Source: Chrysomallon squamiferum (lineage: Eukaryota; Animalia; Mollusca). Taken from it: a stretch of 64,000 nucleotides of DNA. The stretch covers positions 4,216,001-4,280,000 of the forward strand of contig CM022670.1 in the NCBI GenBank assembly GCA_012295275.1. The letters run 5' to 3'. The notes under the pieces are model-generated. The model did no database searches. It saw only the letters and a list, made by a program, of their open reading frames with translations, and was not told the DNA's origin. Shown here piece by piece: positions 1-12,780 of this stretch (its first letter is position 1; the number at the start of each line of letters is the position of its first letter). A program made the position numbers and the translations under genes.

Positions 1-2313
1 CCAGTTATTATTTACTGAAAGTAAATATTCAATACAAAACAATCTTCAGTATTGTAAAATATATAATATATACACATTTAATATGTGAAGTGTAATTAAA
101 TGCAACATTGTTTAATCAACCACATATATTTAATTTTATTGTGGAATATGAAATTATATATAGAAGTAAGTTTGTAAGTGTGAAAAAGAGAAATAGATGA
201 AATTTATTTATACAGTGGAGACAATTGTATATGAAAGGCTTATTGGGAAGAACTGTTTGGTTAAATGATAATATTTGATTATTAATTATTAAAATTAATT
301 AAATGGATCCAGAAATGAAATTTAAAAAAAGTATTTTTAAGTAAATTATGTTAGATAATTAGCATTACTTATTTAAGATTTAATTTGCATTAAAAAGTAA
401 TAATAATTATGTGTGTGTGTTTCTTTAAGTGAGATTTTGGTCTTAAAGTACAAGATAACAAGAAATGTGTTTGTTATTATAACAATGAAATTATATAAAT
501 ATGTTGTTAAACCACTTTTCAAGACATTTTCCATTACTGTGTTACTGTATTTAATTTCATTTTCTGTTTTATTATTTACCACCCCATACTTGTGTCTGAA
601 AAAGATTAATTTAAATTTGTTTTTGTCTGGATTTTAAAATGATCTGAAGTGACTTGTTTTGTTACAGAAAAATAATGGCAGTTTTGTCTCTTGCCATTCT
701 GAAATTTTAAAAATTATTTTCATATTTCACTAAGAATTATAATTATATAAGTAATAAGAACATCCATAACATTATTGCAAACATAAACATTTGCCAGTAA
801 TCATCAGACAGTGATATTTCTATTACTTTATTTTCTTTTTCTCCTTCATTTACAAACATTTTAATGCAGATAAATTTAACTGTTGTAAAGAAAACTAATG
901 TTTAAAACAAAACTCAGGGCAAACAGCTAACAAATTTATCCATTCATAAATGAAAATAAGATACTGCAGTCTGTTTATTTAAGGTGTGACAAAAAAGATA
1001 TAAAAATTATTTTAAAATAGTACAGAAATACAAACTTAACAATTTCAGTGTTTATCCAATTCCTATATGCTGCAGTCATACCTATGCAATAGTTAAAATG
1101 AATCTTCCTTCAGTTCTGTGTTAACATTGTTTACAGGTTGTAAAATAAACACTGCAACATACACCACAGCAAGAAAAATAATTAAAATTTAATTATTTTT
1201 TCTTTGTTCTTTGTATGTTAAAAAACATCTGCATTCCACATGTTTAACATTGACTCATGCTTATCATATCTTAAAAATGCAATCTTGAGTAAAAAGAAAC
1301 CTTTACTGTCAAGTGAATCCAAATATGTTGGAAGTTTTACTTCACAGGCAAGTACAATTGCTTGTTAAAAAATCTTGAGTATCAATTTTACTGAGTCAGG
1401 TTTTTATGTAGATATGTGTGTATTAGAAAATAACTATTTATTAAATATTAATTGCTTTTGTGTTGTGTTATATCACTAATATGCTAAATAAAAGTTTGTA
1501 CAAAACTAAAATTTAAATTTAATCAAATGCAAAATTATAGAATGTTCTGGATACATATTGTTTGATGTTACAAATTGCTGTTATTCTGTTATATTTAGAA
1601 CAAAATAGTTAAATAGTATGTTACTGAGATGAAATTTCGGTTATGTATTTGATGCATAACGTTAAAGATACTGTTGACATGATTTTCTGGTACTTGTTTG
1701 CATGTCAGAATAAAAAATACTTTATTGTTGGGTACATTATTACTTAGCCATTTATGTTCAAACTGACAAAAAATCTGTCATTAAAAACATAATGTCTACC
1801 AGGTTATAAATAAATAAATATATAATTACAAACTTGACTCACCTACTGTTTTTTGTAAATTCATGTTTTAAAAATAAAAACAAGTATAATTTGTACAAAG
1901 TAAATAAATAATTAATAATTAAATTTGGCTTATTGTTATATGTAAATTCACATTTTCAAATTCACATATAAACATACAAAAAAGAAAAAGAAAAATTTTG
2001 CTATCACAATATTGGCTTTTAAAAATTAAATATTGTCTACCAGGTTAGTACCTAAGTTGACGGGGATCTATAAATTCATATTTTCATGATGACATAATAA
2101 CTGAAACACAAAATCCACTCTAATTCAGCTAAACAAATATTCTCTGTACAAGGTTAGTATGTAAATAAGTTATTATAAACCAAATATAAATTCATGTTTG
2201 TAATCTGACATGAATGTAAACTTAACTTATTAGCTTTAAGAAATAAATACCAGGTTAATAAATTAACAATTGGAAACCAAAGGATTTCAAAACTATTTGA
2301 ATTTGTTACATGA

Positions 2314-2314
<1 letters not shown>

Positions 2315-2385
<71 letters not shown>

Positions 2386-2574
2386 GAAAATGGAAATCAT
2401 TTTTTGTCAGATTTCATATTTGTATAACTCTGAGCAGTGTAATTTTGACATAAAGTGATAAATTTGTTAATTCAACAAAAAATTAATTTACATGTTTTCA
2501 CATTTTAACAAGAACCAAAAAATTGTGTTAATAGATTCTTTAGGCTAACTATTATCCTGTGATAATAGGAGTAT

Positions 2575-2642
<68 letters not shown>
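2315..2642. repeat. (ATT)n and (GT)n microsatellites
   Basis: (ATT)n about 2315-2382 and (GT)n about 2577-2642. Confidence 0.95.
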
Positions 2643-2643
<1 letters not shown>

Positions 2644-3720
2644 GTGTGATGTTTGTGTCCTATAAACAGTGGAATGTTTCACTAAAAAATTCTTTATTTT
2701 GATGTTGAATCTGATTTTTGAAATACAGTGGTTTTTAATTCCTGAGTTTTCTTATTTATTTTATTTATTTATTTATTTGTTTACTTATTTATTTATTACT
2801 GTTGTTTGTATGTGACCACAATGACTAAATTTAGGTAAATCTTAGTAATGAAAAATAATGATTTTTCTGCACAATGATTTTTTTGAGATGGATAACCAGA
2901 AAGCACTTTGTGTATTTTCAGTGGCATTTGTAACATACATTAACATTCAAGCTGATACTTTACAACTGTGCAACACTGCTTTAATTTGAAATGAAAATTA
3001 AACATTAAAACACACTTATTTTTAATTTTCTATGAAGTGGAAGAATGGAGATTCAGGGAACTGTAAGCTTATATAGATACAGATATATGCAAGTACATAT
3101 ATTTATGTATCACCATAAGCAACACATCACACACCCAAGTTCTAGGAGATCCCATTCTCTTTGCTTCAATTCTGTGAAGCTTAAACCTGAATAAAATATT
3201 TCTGCTGAAGTTTTTTTTATATGTAATAGAAATAAATGTTTCATTGCTGCAGTTTCCCTCATGTCTAAAATACAAGAAAATAAATGACACTACACTTCTT
3301 GATGTTTAGAAAAAATATGTTTTTCATTTGAAGTTCAAATAACATCAAACCACTGCTGAAAAGAAACATTATTTTTTGTTTATTTATTTTATTTTATTTT
3401 ATTTGTATTACATGTGAAATTATAACGTATTTATATATGGCATAAGACAAAAAAATAATCTGAAATGGTCCTGTGTTTTATCTTTCATTTTATAAGATGG
3501 TGAGATATAGATAATCATTTTTATAAATCATTTTTTGTTAGTTTATTTATTTATTTATTAAGACCAATAAGAAATTTTTTTTTTTGAATTTAAAATAAAA
3601 AAATCTGAAGGGGTTTTTCTCAATTTTTGTTTTTGGTAAAAAGAATTTGAAAAGCAGTACATGGAATAAAAATTACTGCTAACATTTCTAGCTAAGTGAT
3701 TTTTTATCTGTAATGTATAT

Positions 3721-5754
3721 GGGTCATTCCATGACAAATCACCCAATGGGTTAAACCTGACTATCTCAGATTTTTATGAAACTTGGTATACTTGTTGACT
3801 GGGATCCCACTGGGTGTAATATTTTTTGTTTAGCCATAATATAGATTTAATATACATATCTGCATGGATAATTGATACAATGCATTACAATGTACATTTT
3901 CTACATGTATACACTTCTCTGAGACCCAAAAGTCATCTTTGGAGTTAAAATCCACCTGACATGTCTGAAGGAATGCCTGAAGGATATGAAAAGATGCCAA
4001 ATGGCTTGACATGTTCTACACAATCGGGCTCAAAGGGTTAACAGGAAGTGATGCTTCAGGCATGTCAGGAACTCCTTGAAATCCCCTAGTGAAATCCCCA
4101 TTGAGCACATGGCAATAAGAAGTTTAAGACAAAGAAGTTTCTTCATCTGCATTTCTTTGACAATACGAAGCTTTCAAGTTCGACACAATGTCTGATGTTG
4201 ATATGTAAGCATTATGTTTTCTTCATAAAACCTATTATGTCATTTTATCATGTCAAGTTGCCTTGCCAATGGTTTTGAACAAGGTTTCAGTCAACCACAG
4301 TACAACCCAGTCTGAAATCCCAGTGTGTAACTGAATTTTTTTTGAGTGTTGTTATTCCATACCTTCAGACTGAGTTTCCTCGTGAATAACATTCATTATT
4401 TCACTGATGGCTTTCCTGGATAATATAAAAATAAGAACAATTTTGTTAACCATCATGAAGAGGACTTTGGGTTGGAAGGTGAATGGAACTTTTTTGCAAC
4501 AAGCTACGGCAAAAGTGCCTGTGATGGAATTGGGGGGGGGGGACAGTGAAGAGATTGCTGACAAAGACCAGTTTGCAGTGTTCCTACACAGACCCAATCC
4601 TGACCAGTGAAGCTATCACAGATTTCTGCATCAAGAATATACCAGGCATTCACTTCTTCAACATCACACCAGACCACATAGCAAAGCATGAGTTGGAACT
4701 ACAAGGGAGGTTTCAAGTGGCCAAAACGACCAAGGGAACAGTTTCACCGGTTAGTTCCAATATCTAAATCTAAAGATGCATGCCTACAAGCTGAGCCTGC
4801 AGAGTGACCCACCAGAACTAGTATCTGTCCAGGATTCTGAGGATGATATGACAGAGTTACCACAGGAGCCTTCCACTGAAGCCAAGAAGCAAAACTACGT
4901 TGTCTGTAAGACAGTGAGGTATGGGTTGGGTAGTTGAGGACATTTCAGAAGAGCATGGCGACTTCTTCATTTGTTTCATGCACCCTCACAGACCTAAGTT
5001 ATTTCACTGGCCAAACAAAGAAAGGGACATATTCTGTGTCATTGATACACCTGCTATTGCATCTTCTCGACGGATGTACACTCTGAGTAAAAAAGATGAT
5101 GCTAGAATTGCAAGATTATGCAGGAAATGGGTTACTCAAAGATTCTGTGACTGCTGAACTGGTGAGAAGGCAATGAGGTAAGTACTTTGATATCATATGA
5201 TCATAGATGTAGGCATACAATGTCTTACTCGGTGATCAAGAGAGATGGTGATTCCTAGCATCCAGAATTGATCATTCAGGTTTTAGTTAATCAGATGTTA
5301 ATGGCAGAAAAGGTGTTATTTTCATGGACGTGCATTTTTTAAATCTATATTGTGGCTAAACAAAAAATATTACACCCAGGAAATTTTTATAACTTGGGAG
5401 ATTAAAATTCAATAAAGGTCATCTCAAGGTCAAGTTCAAGGTCATAACAAAGGTCAGTGTACGAAACTGAACAATAATGGCAGATTTGGAATCCTTGTCA
5501 TATTGCCTTTTCAACAATACCAATTTTGTGAAGTAGTTCCTGAGATATGAGGGTTCAAAGGTTGGTCGTCACGCCCATTTTTGCCAAAAATCTCAGAATT
5601 CGGGGGGCCATATCTCCAATACCAATGGACCGATTGGCCTAAAATTTGGTGCTGTTGGATCCCAGTCAACAAGTATAAGAAGTTTCATAAAAATCTGAGA
5701 CGGTCGGGTTTAAAAACGGTGGGGTGGGGGGAGTGGTTTGACATGGAATGACCC
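3721..5754 (+). mobile_element. Decayed Sola2-type DNA transposon
   Basis: Ends 5'-GGGTCATTCCATG...CATGGAATGACCC-3'; 4-bp ATAT on both flanks (3717-3720, 5755-5758); inverted repeats 3721-3807 vs 5657-5754 and 3811-3850 vs 5339-5378; internal transposase remnant. GRG...CYC termini with a 4-bp TSD are the described Sola2 hallmarks. Confidence 0.8.
4351..5157 (+). pseudogene. Frameshifted transposase remnant (Sola2-like DDD catalytic region and C-terminus)
   Basis: Manual translation across frameshifts and a stop: VIPYLQTEFP/VNNIHYFTDGFPG*YKNKNNFVNHHEEDFGLEGEWNFFATSYGKSACDGIGG/TVKRLLTKTSLQ...ILTSEAITDFCIKNIPGIHFF..., later VVEDISEEHGDFFICFMHPHRPKLFHWP. Matches the HYFSDG..QYKN...WNFFATSHGKS.CDGIGG.VKR pattern I recognise from Sola2-type transposases; one frameshift lies in the poly-G run at about 4532-4542. 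Confidence 0.8.
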
Positions 5755-6868
5755 ATATACAAAATTTGGTTTGGATTTTCATTGTGATTATAATGTTTTT
5801 CATTTATGGCACATCTTTATACAATTAAGTTTTATTTATTTATATTTTTATTATTTTATTTTTTAATTTTATTTTACTTTATTTTACAGTGCTGTACTGT
5901 ACTGTTTATTTATAGCTATAATAATAATGGAAATGGTAGGAAAATGAGGAAGAGGAAAAGAAACGTATTACTGTTCTTGTTCTGATATTCTACTTAACTG
6001 CAAGATTAAATTTCTACTGACGCTAAGATCTATTATATATTACATGTACATGATAATCTGGAAATAATCCTGCGTGTGTATGTAAGATTTATATGATAAT
6101 TATACATAAAGCCTCGGGATTCTTACATTTCTTTCTTTGTTTATTATTGTTTGAAACTACCATTAGTAGTACGTAACATATGTAAGTAAAACTATTTCCT
6201 TCTAAGCAGTTTAAATCAGTTTATATTTCTCAGGGCACAAATTTAAATACTTACATGATTTGACAAATTGGAATATAAATAAAATACATAATATTGAGTG
6301 TTTTTCCAGTTTAGAAATATATACATGTATCTTGAAATAATCCTGTTAATAGATACCCATGGCTGTATGTACGTTTATGTTTGTGGGTGGGTTTTGCCAG
6401 TGCGTTTTTGTGCACATTATTCCAAAGAATGACCAGAAATATATAAAAATTCATTTAGTAAAGATATAATACATATGGAGAATATTAAAATCACAATGGT
6501 CATCAAAACGACCTTTTATATATATGTGCTAAAAAATAACTATCAAAGGATAATTCACGTAGGTAAGAAAAGTTTGCAGTAATTCTTGTTCCATGCTTTT
6601 TTTTTTTTTCCTTTTTCATTCTTTTGAAACTATTATTTGATATTATATTTTATAAATTATTTCTGAGAAAAAAAAACAACATTTTCTTGTCACCATTCAA
6701 ATAATTTTCTAATAATCTCTGAGCTTGCTAAAATATTACAGAATTACCTTAAATAATGTTTAAAATAACTTTTGACAATGTTTATCATATTAGTCTTTAT
6801 GTCGAATTCTAGACGCTAAAAAGATGTCATATTAATGTCATATTTAAACAAAAAATCATTTGTAGATC

Positions 6869-6918
<50 letters not shown>

Positions 6919-6969
6919 AATAACGTTACACAGGATTTTTGAAATTATTATTATTTAAAGAACAATCAA

Positions 6970-7049
6970 GAGTTGTTTCCCTTCTTATTTATGGAGTCTT
7001 GACGACAGCCAATCAGAGCACCTTAAAAATGAAATAGGAGTTGTTTCCC
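6970..7049. promoter_or_regulatory. Candidate promoter module: CCAAT box flanked by a repeated 12-mer
   Basis: AGCCAATCAG (NF-Y consensus) at 7007-7016 between two copies of GAGTTGTTTCCC (6970-6981, 7038-7049). Confidence 0.35.
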
Positions 7050-7335
7050 GTGATACGTCTGTTCGGCTTGTTTATTTTTTGATTTTAACAAATTAGGTAT
7101 AGTAAATTCTCGTCTGGAAACTGTAATCGTGAATGGTAATGGATCTGAATATATCTAATTTAACTCCTTTTTTTAAATTAATATTTACAACTTCTAAGTT
7201 TGTCAAAATAGCGTAGGATATCCATAACAAGGTTTGGTCAAAGTGTTCGTCGGTTAATAATAGAAAAACAAACAATATTAACAATATTATTCAGACTCGT
7301 ATTTTGTGATTAAATATGAAAACATCACATGCATT

Positions 7336-7377
<42 letters not shown>

Positions 7378-8200
7378 TATAAATAAATACATAAAAATAA
7401 TCATGAAATAAATATTATAAATAATAATAAAAAAACTGTCATATATTTTAATACCAGCACACCAAAATGATTTGTTATTATACTGTATTTCATAATAGAA
7501 AGTTCTCTTAAAACGCCTGAACTTGACACTGAATTAATCATTATTTGAACACAAAATACTTTATAAATTTCAGAAAATGATTTTAACAGTGGAATGATTT
7601 GTACAAACTGGAAATTGTATGTAGCTTCAAAAGAATGGACACTTTTAAACTTGCATTATTTTTGTGTAAAGCATTGAGGAAAACAAACAAAAAACATAAA
7701 AGCCGGCAATCCACTTATAAAGAAGAACATCTTTTTTGTATAATGATTCTTCTTTTCAACAACACTTGCAATATCCATCAGAGAAAATAATAACTTTATA
7801 AAACACCACAATTTCATCACCGGTAATTATTCTAAAGTTAAAATATTTAAATTATTTACATGCAAATTGTGTAATTACTGTGTCCAGAATAACTCTTCAC
7901 ACTAAATCCGTCTTCTTTCCTCATGTTTTTGGATAAATTATGCGGAGAAAATCACCAACGTTTTTATGAATCATTGCTATTAAGCTAGACAACATTTGTG
8001 AATCGTTATTATCAACACCAATAACGTTTACAATAATTTTCATCATTTTAATTTTTGTCAGTTCCAGTAACATTCGAATAACGTCAGCGACTTCTGTGAA
8101 TCGATTTCGTCAGTTTCAGCAGCACTGATGATTTTCATTAACTTCAGCGAGACGGTTTATGAACTGTGTTTCACTGACGTTAATCTTCTTTTCACGACGA

Positions 8201-8521
8201 TTATCTCCACTGCTTAACAGTCGGCCGTATTTTGCAGGTTTGTTTTACTGTCCCGTTTTCCGACCACAGACATCTTTGGACGTCGTCAAACAACGGCATC
8301 TTGGTCCAGTTGAGCCTGCCCAGGTCCAGAGGAGTGTCTATTTTCCAGAACAAGGCGCGCTTGGCCCTGGACGCCACTGTGGGTCTTGATAATCGGTTCA
8401 CCAAATCGTCCAGGTCCTGCTCGGTGATGGACGCTGCTACGTTATCGTCTTTTTGCGGCACTGGACTGTCTTTCGTCGTGTCGTCTTTCTGATGATACCA
8501 AGGCGAATTAGAATTTGCCAT
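8201..8521 (-). CDS. Small uncharacterised protein, 106 aa (paralogue A)
   Basis: Intact ATG-to-stop ORF, GC-richer than flanks; splice-acceptor-like TTACAG ending 5 nt before the ATG (AG at 8528-8527); 20/59 identities with the ORF at 10911-11231. Confidence 0.75.
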   Translation of the reverse strand: MANSNSPWYHQKDDTTKDSPVPQKDDNVAASITEQDLDDLVNRLSRPTVASRAKRALFWKIDTPLDLGRLNWTKMPLFDDVQRCLWSENGTVKQTCKIRPTVKQWR

Positions 8522-9503
8522 ATTAACTGTAATCCAAATCCAAAAATTAAATGACTCTCAAAACCACAGATTATAACAACAATGATAAATGCGTTGCTGT
8601 TTTGCTCTTGATGAAAATTCAATCAGTCAATTTCAGTAGTTTAAGATACTCTCCCAAATATGATTTTATTATTATTGTAGAAGTAAGTCCAAAAACGCTA
8701 TCAGAATTTTTAAAAAAATATGCTTTCACAACAACGGTAATTTATTCCTTGTCAGTTAATAGTATTATCGTTTCATTTCAGAAACCATCCAAACCCTGGC
8801 GGTAATATTTAGTCTCCTTTCGTTGCTCTGCTCGAATTTTCAAATGAAACAAACGAACAGCGTTTGTGCCTGTAACATTTTCTCCGAACGTGGCTGTCCG
8901 GGGTACAAAGTGAACAGCTTAATTAGAATATAATTAATCAATTCATAATCTCTAAATCCTTTCATTCCTATTATAAGAGATTAAAAATAACGTTTTCAAC
9001 GGCTAATGCAGTTAGCTTATAATTCGTTCATGCTTGCAGCGTTTCTTCGGCTTGTCACTAAGCTTTTTATTTGGGCGCGACGTTTCATATCGACTGCCGA
9101 TAATTTTGTTATAATACAGCAGGAATAAAGGCAATACAGATATGCCATAGCATTTGGATAACAGTTTATTCTCGTAGTGCCATTTTGCCTTGATAATCAA
9201 TGCGATTATAATTCGTTTCGGCGATTACGCCGCGGTTGGGTAAATGGATTTTTTGTGTGTTATTACCACACCCGGTTTGAAAGCCAGTCAATCAATGACG
9301 TAAAAATAACATTCAGAACATAATGAAAACGATACATGTTTGCATTAATGGTGTAATAAGATTCTTATTTTTTTTTTTTTTTTTACGGTTTTCATTTTAC
9401 GGTTATATTATTATATAAAGTAAATGATTTAGGATAATAATGAATTCAGGAAATGAAATCTTCCAGAAGTTCACTTCAACATAATTACTACAGTTACTAA
9501 GTT

Positions 9504-9525
9504 ATTGCTGCTGATACTGCTGCTG

Positions 9526-9583
<58 letters not shown>

Positions 9584-10273
9584 CGCTGCTGCTGCTGCTG
9601 CTGCTGCTGTTGTTGCTACTACTACTACTACTACTACTACTACTGCTGCTGCTGCTGTTGCTACTACTACTGCTACTACTACTACCGCTGCTGCTGCTAC
9701 TACTACTACTGCTGCTGCTGCTGTTGCATTATAACTACAAATATCACGGCCAATACTGCTATTACTAATATGTTTGCTCTAACTACTGCTGCTGCTTCAA
9801 CAATTACTACTACTCTTTCTTTTCTTCTACTACTAATGCTACTGTTACTATTACGACTTTGAATATTTCTGCCACAGCCATAACGTCAGCTATTTTGGTT
9901 GTTGTTGCTACCATTATTACCACATACATCGCAGCTGTTCCTCTTATTATTGCTACTACTTCTACTACTGCCACTGCTATTACGATTACTACCTCTACCA
10001 CCACTACTACTACTACTACTACTACTGCTACTGCTACTGCTACTACTACTACTACTACTGCTTACACTAACATCAGTATTATCACGTCTTTTTCAACTGA
10101 TTTTGTTTTTACTGTTACTATTAATATTACTGATGTTACTTTTACTACTACTCCTATTGTCACCTTTAATCCTGCTACTACTACTACTACTACTACTACT
10201 ATTACTACTTCTATTGCTATTACTACTACTACTGCTACTACTACTGCTAATGCTACAACTACTACTGCTACAA
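9504..10273. repeat. Compound (CTA)n/(CTG)n microsatellite region between the two small paralogues
   Basis: Long CTA/CTG triplet tracts producing the spurious poly-Leu/poly-Thr ORFs. Confidence 0.95.
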
Positions 10274-10545
10274 ACTCTTGACCATCGATTTAACGGAATT
10301 TTACTGGTCCGGAAAATGCAAAAGTCTGCGAAATTGTGAACGTAGCCATTAACCCTTAGTACACACAACAACTATGTAATTAACTTTATTCAGTGTAGAT
10401 TTATTTCTTTTCTTTTTTCTCTTTTGTCCGTTGCTTTTACTCGCATTTTTTTTTTTCTTAAATTACTTATTAATTTTTTTTTTTTTTTTTTTTTTACAAT
10501 GGTTTATTTGGTTTTTATTTGTAAAAATTAATTAAAAATGAACAC

Positions 10546-10593
<48 letters not shown>

Positions 10594-10910
10594 CACATGA
10601 CAATAACAAAAACACAAAAAAAACAACAACAACAACAACAACATAACGGTAACAAACAAACCGGTTACAATTACCAAGCAATATAATTCTTAAATGTTCA
10701 TTTAAAATTTCATATCAAATTAAAACAAAGTTCAAATTAAGGCGAGATAAAAAAAAAAAACGAACAACAAATATAGAATTATCTCCCTTGCTTCACATCA
10801 AAATCGATTATGCCTGCTTAGTAACGTAATGAAAATTAGAACAACAGTAATAATAAAAAATAGTAGTAACTGAAACAAAATATCTATTTTAACTACATTT
10901 TTACGTTATT

Positions 10911-11231
10911 TTAAACTTTTGACACATGATCGGACTTGTGACGTGATCTTGAATTTAAGCATGCTCCAAGAGGGGTATACAGAATTCTGTGTCCGCTGAT
11001 GATCAAAGGCACTTCAGACCAATGAAGTCGACCTCTATCGTCTTTATGGGCGAATGACTTCAAAGCATACCGGTTTGCCGAGGACTCTGTTTTCCTTCCA
11101 AGCCTTTCAGTCAATTCTCTTAATTCCTCTTCATTCATTCTGAGTTTTTTCTTCTTCTTCTTAATGTTCGGCTGACTGTACCGTAACTGACGCGAACTGG
11201 AACTGGATCTGTAATGTCGCACTGTTAACAT
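10911..11231 (-). CDS. Small uncharacterised basic protein, 106 aa (paralogue B)
   Basis: Intact ORF on the same strand as paralogue A; shares E..L..L..RL.R.T..S....AL and D.GRL.W...PL.....R.L....G in the same register; poly-Lys stretch in the N-terminus; downstream AATAAA on minus strand (e.g. 10385-10390). Confidence 0.72.
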   Translation of the reverse strand: MLTVRHYRSSSSSRQLRYSQPNIKKKKKKLRMNEEELRELTERLGRKTESSANRYALKSFAHKDDRGRLHWSEVPLIISGHRILYTPLGACLNSRSRHKSDHVSKV

Positions 11232-12662
11232 TCTGTGGTTTTTCTTCTCTTAAAACAAACAGTGACTGGGTTTTTTTTCTTTCATTACACGTAATCTTTG
11301 GTACTAACTTTCACGTCCGTGCCATTGTTCCTGACGTTAATGTGTCTATGACGTAATAACATTTACTAAAATTGAAAAAATAAAATTGAAAAAAAAAAAA
11401 GGGAAAAGAAATAAGATGAAATTAAATATAAAGAAAATAAAAATACAGATGAAATAAAAAAATACTAATAAAAAAAAATATATATTATACAGGAAATGCA
11501 TTCCTTATCTGAAATTCATGGGACAGTGAGTGTTTTTACTCTTGAATTTTTTTCTCGGATTTCTGAATATAATGTGATTGGGTGAGGATGATTCAAGTAA
11601 TTTATATTTTTTAACATATAGCTTATACATATAATTTGAAGGTTGTTTTGGATAACATTTAAAATAATTTTGTGCATTTTGTATAAGATATTTAATCTGA
11701 ATAACCAAATACCTCTTTACTTTTTGTTTATTTATTTACTATATTAATTATTTTTTTAAAAGAATATTCGCTCTAAACTGAATTGCTATCACATTATTGA
11801 TATTAAACACCCATTAAAGTTAATATTAATAACTATACTGGTATATTTAATAAACTGTAAAGAGTAATGGCTTTTAGAAATGTTACGCTCATACATTTTT
11901 CTTTGCATGTAATATGAACAGTATTACTACATCTAGCAAGCTCGCGTTATTGAATACCCTGTGAAACTTGTTTTGACAAATGCTATTATTTTGTTTGTTG
12001 TAATCGATTTGTTATTACGCAATTTTTTCTTAATTATTTCTTGTTTTTCTTATTATAATTTATTTAAGTAACATTATCTGGCTTATAAAGACAGAAACTG
12101 CCAAAAGATAAGAAAATGTGAAATTATAATATTTTTTATTATTATTATTTTTTTTGTTATTGTTATCTTATTTATTCGTTTGTTTGCTTCTTTGTCTGTT
12201 TATTATAATAAAATTATGAGTTTTTTTTGTTTTTTTTTTAACTGGTATGGTAGTTATGTTAGTGCACCAGCTATGCATCTATGCAATACAGCAGGTTCAT
12301 AATTATCGGTGTGTTCTTTCAGAAAGTACTGAAAGTTATATCTTCACACTGGTGACATAACCTGTTGTCTGAATCCGCCACTGACAGCAGTAAAATCCCA
12401 TAACGCAGACTGTAATTAAATAAATTTTCGTTCTTCTCTTTGCATATCTCTGAACTAGATCCGCGGTTTATTTTGCGAAGCAGCGAATCACTTTACTCGG
12501 CAAGCTTGGGACGGCAGATGCCCGTATTTCTGAATTTGTCAAATTTCTGGACTGAATCTAAGCCTTTACTTAAAATATTATATAAACAAAGAAAAAAAAA
12601 AAAAAAAAAAAAAAGAGAGAGAGAATAAAACTATATTTAACAGATACAATTTTATTTTTTCG

Positions 12663-12690
12663 TTATTATTATTATTATTATTACTATTAC

Positions 12691-12774
<84 letters not shown>

Positions 12775-12780
12775 TACTAT
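12663..12780. repeat. (TTA)n microsatellite
   Basis: Direct observation. Confidence 0.95.

Noticed and set aside
9505-10371. Poly-Leu, poly-Thr and poly-Ser ORFs (mucin- or TM-like)
   Set aside because: Translations of CTA/CTG microsatellites, open in several frames on both strands.
12300-12575. Possible third paralogue of the 106-aa family
   Set aside because: Minus-strand translation shows none of the shared motifs and contains stops.
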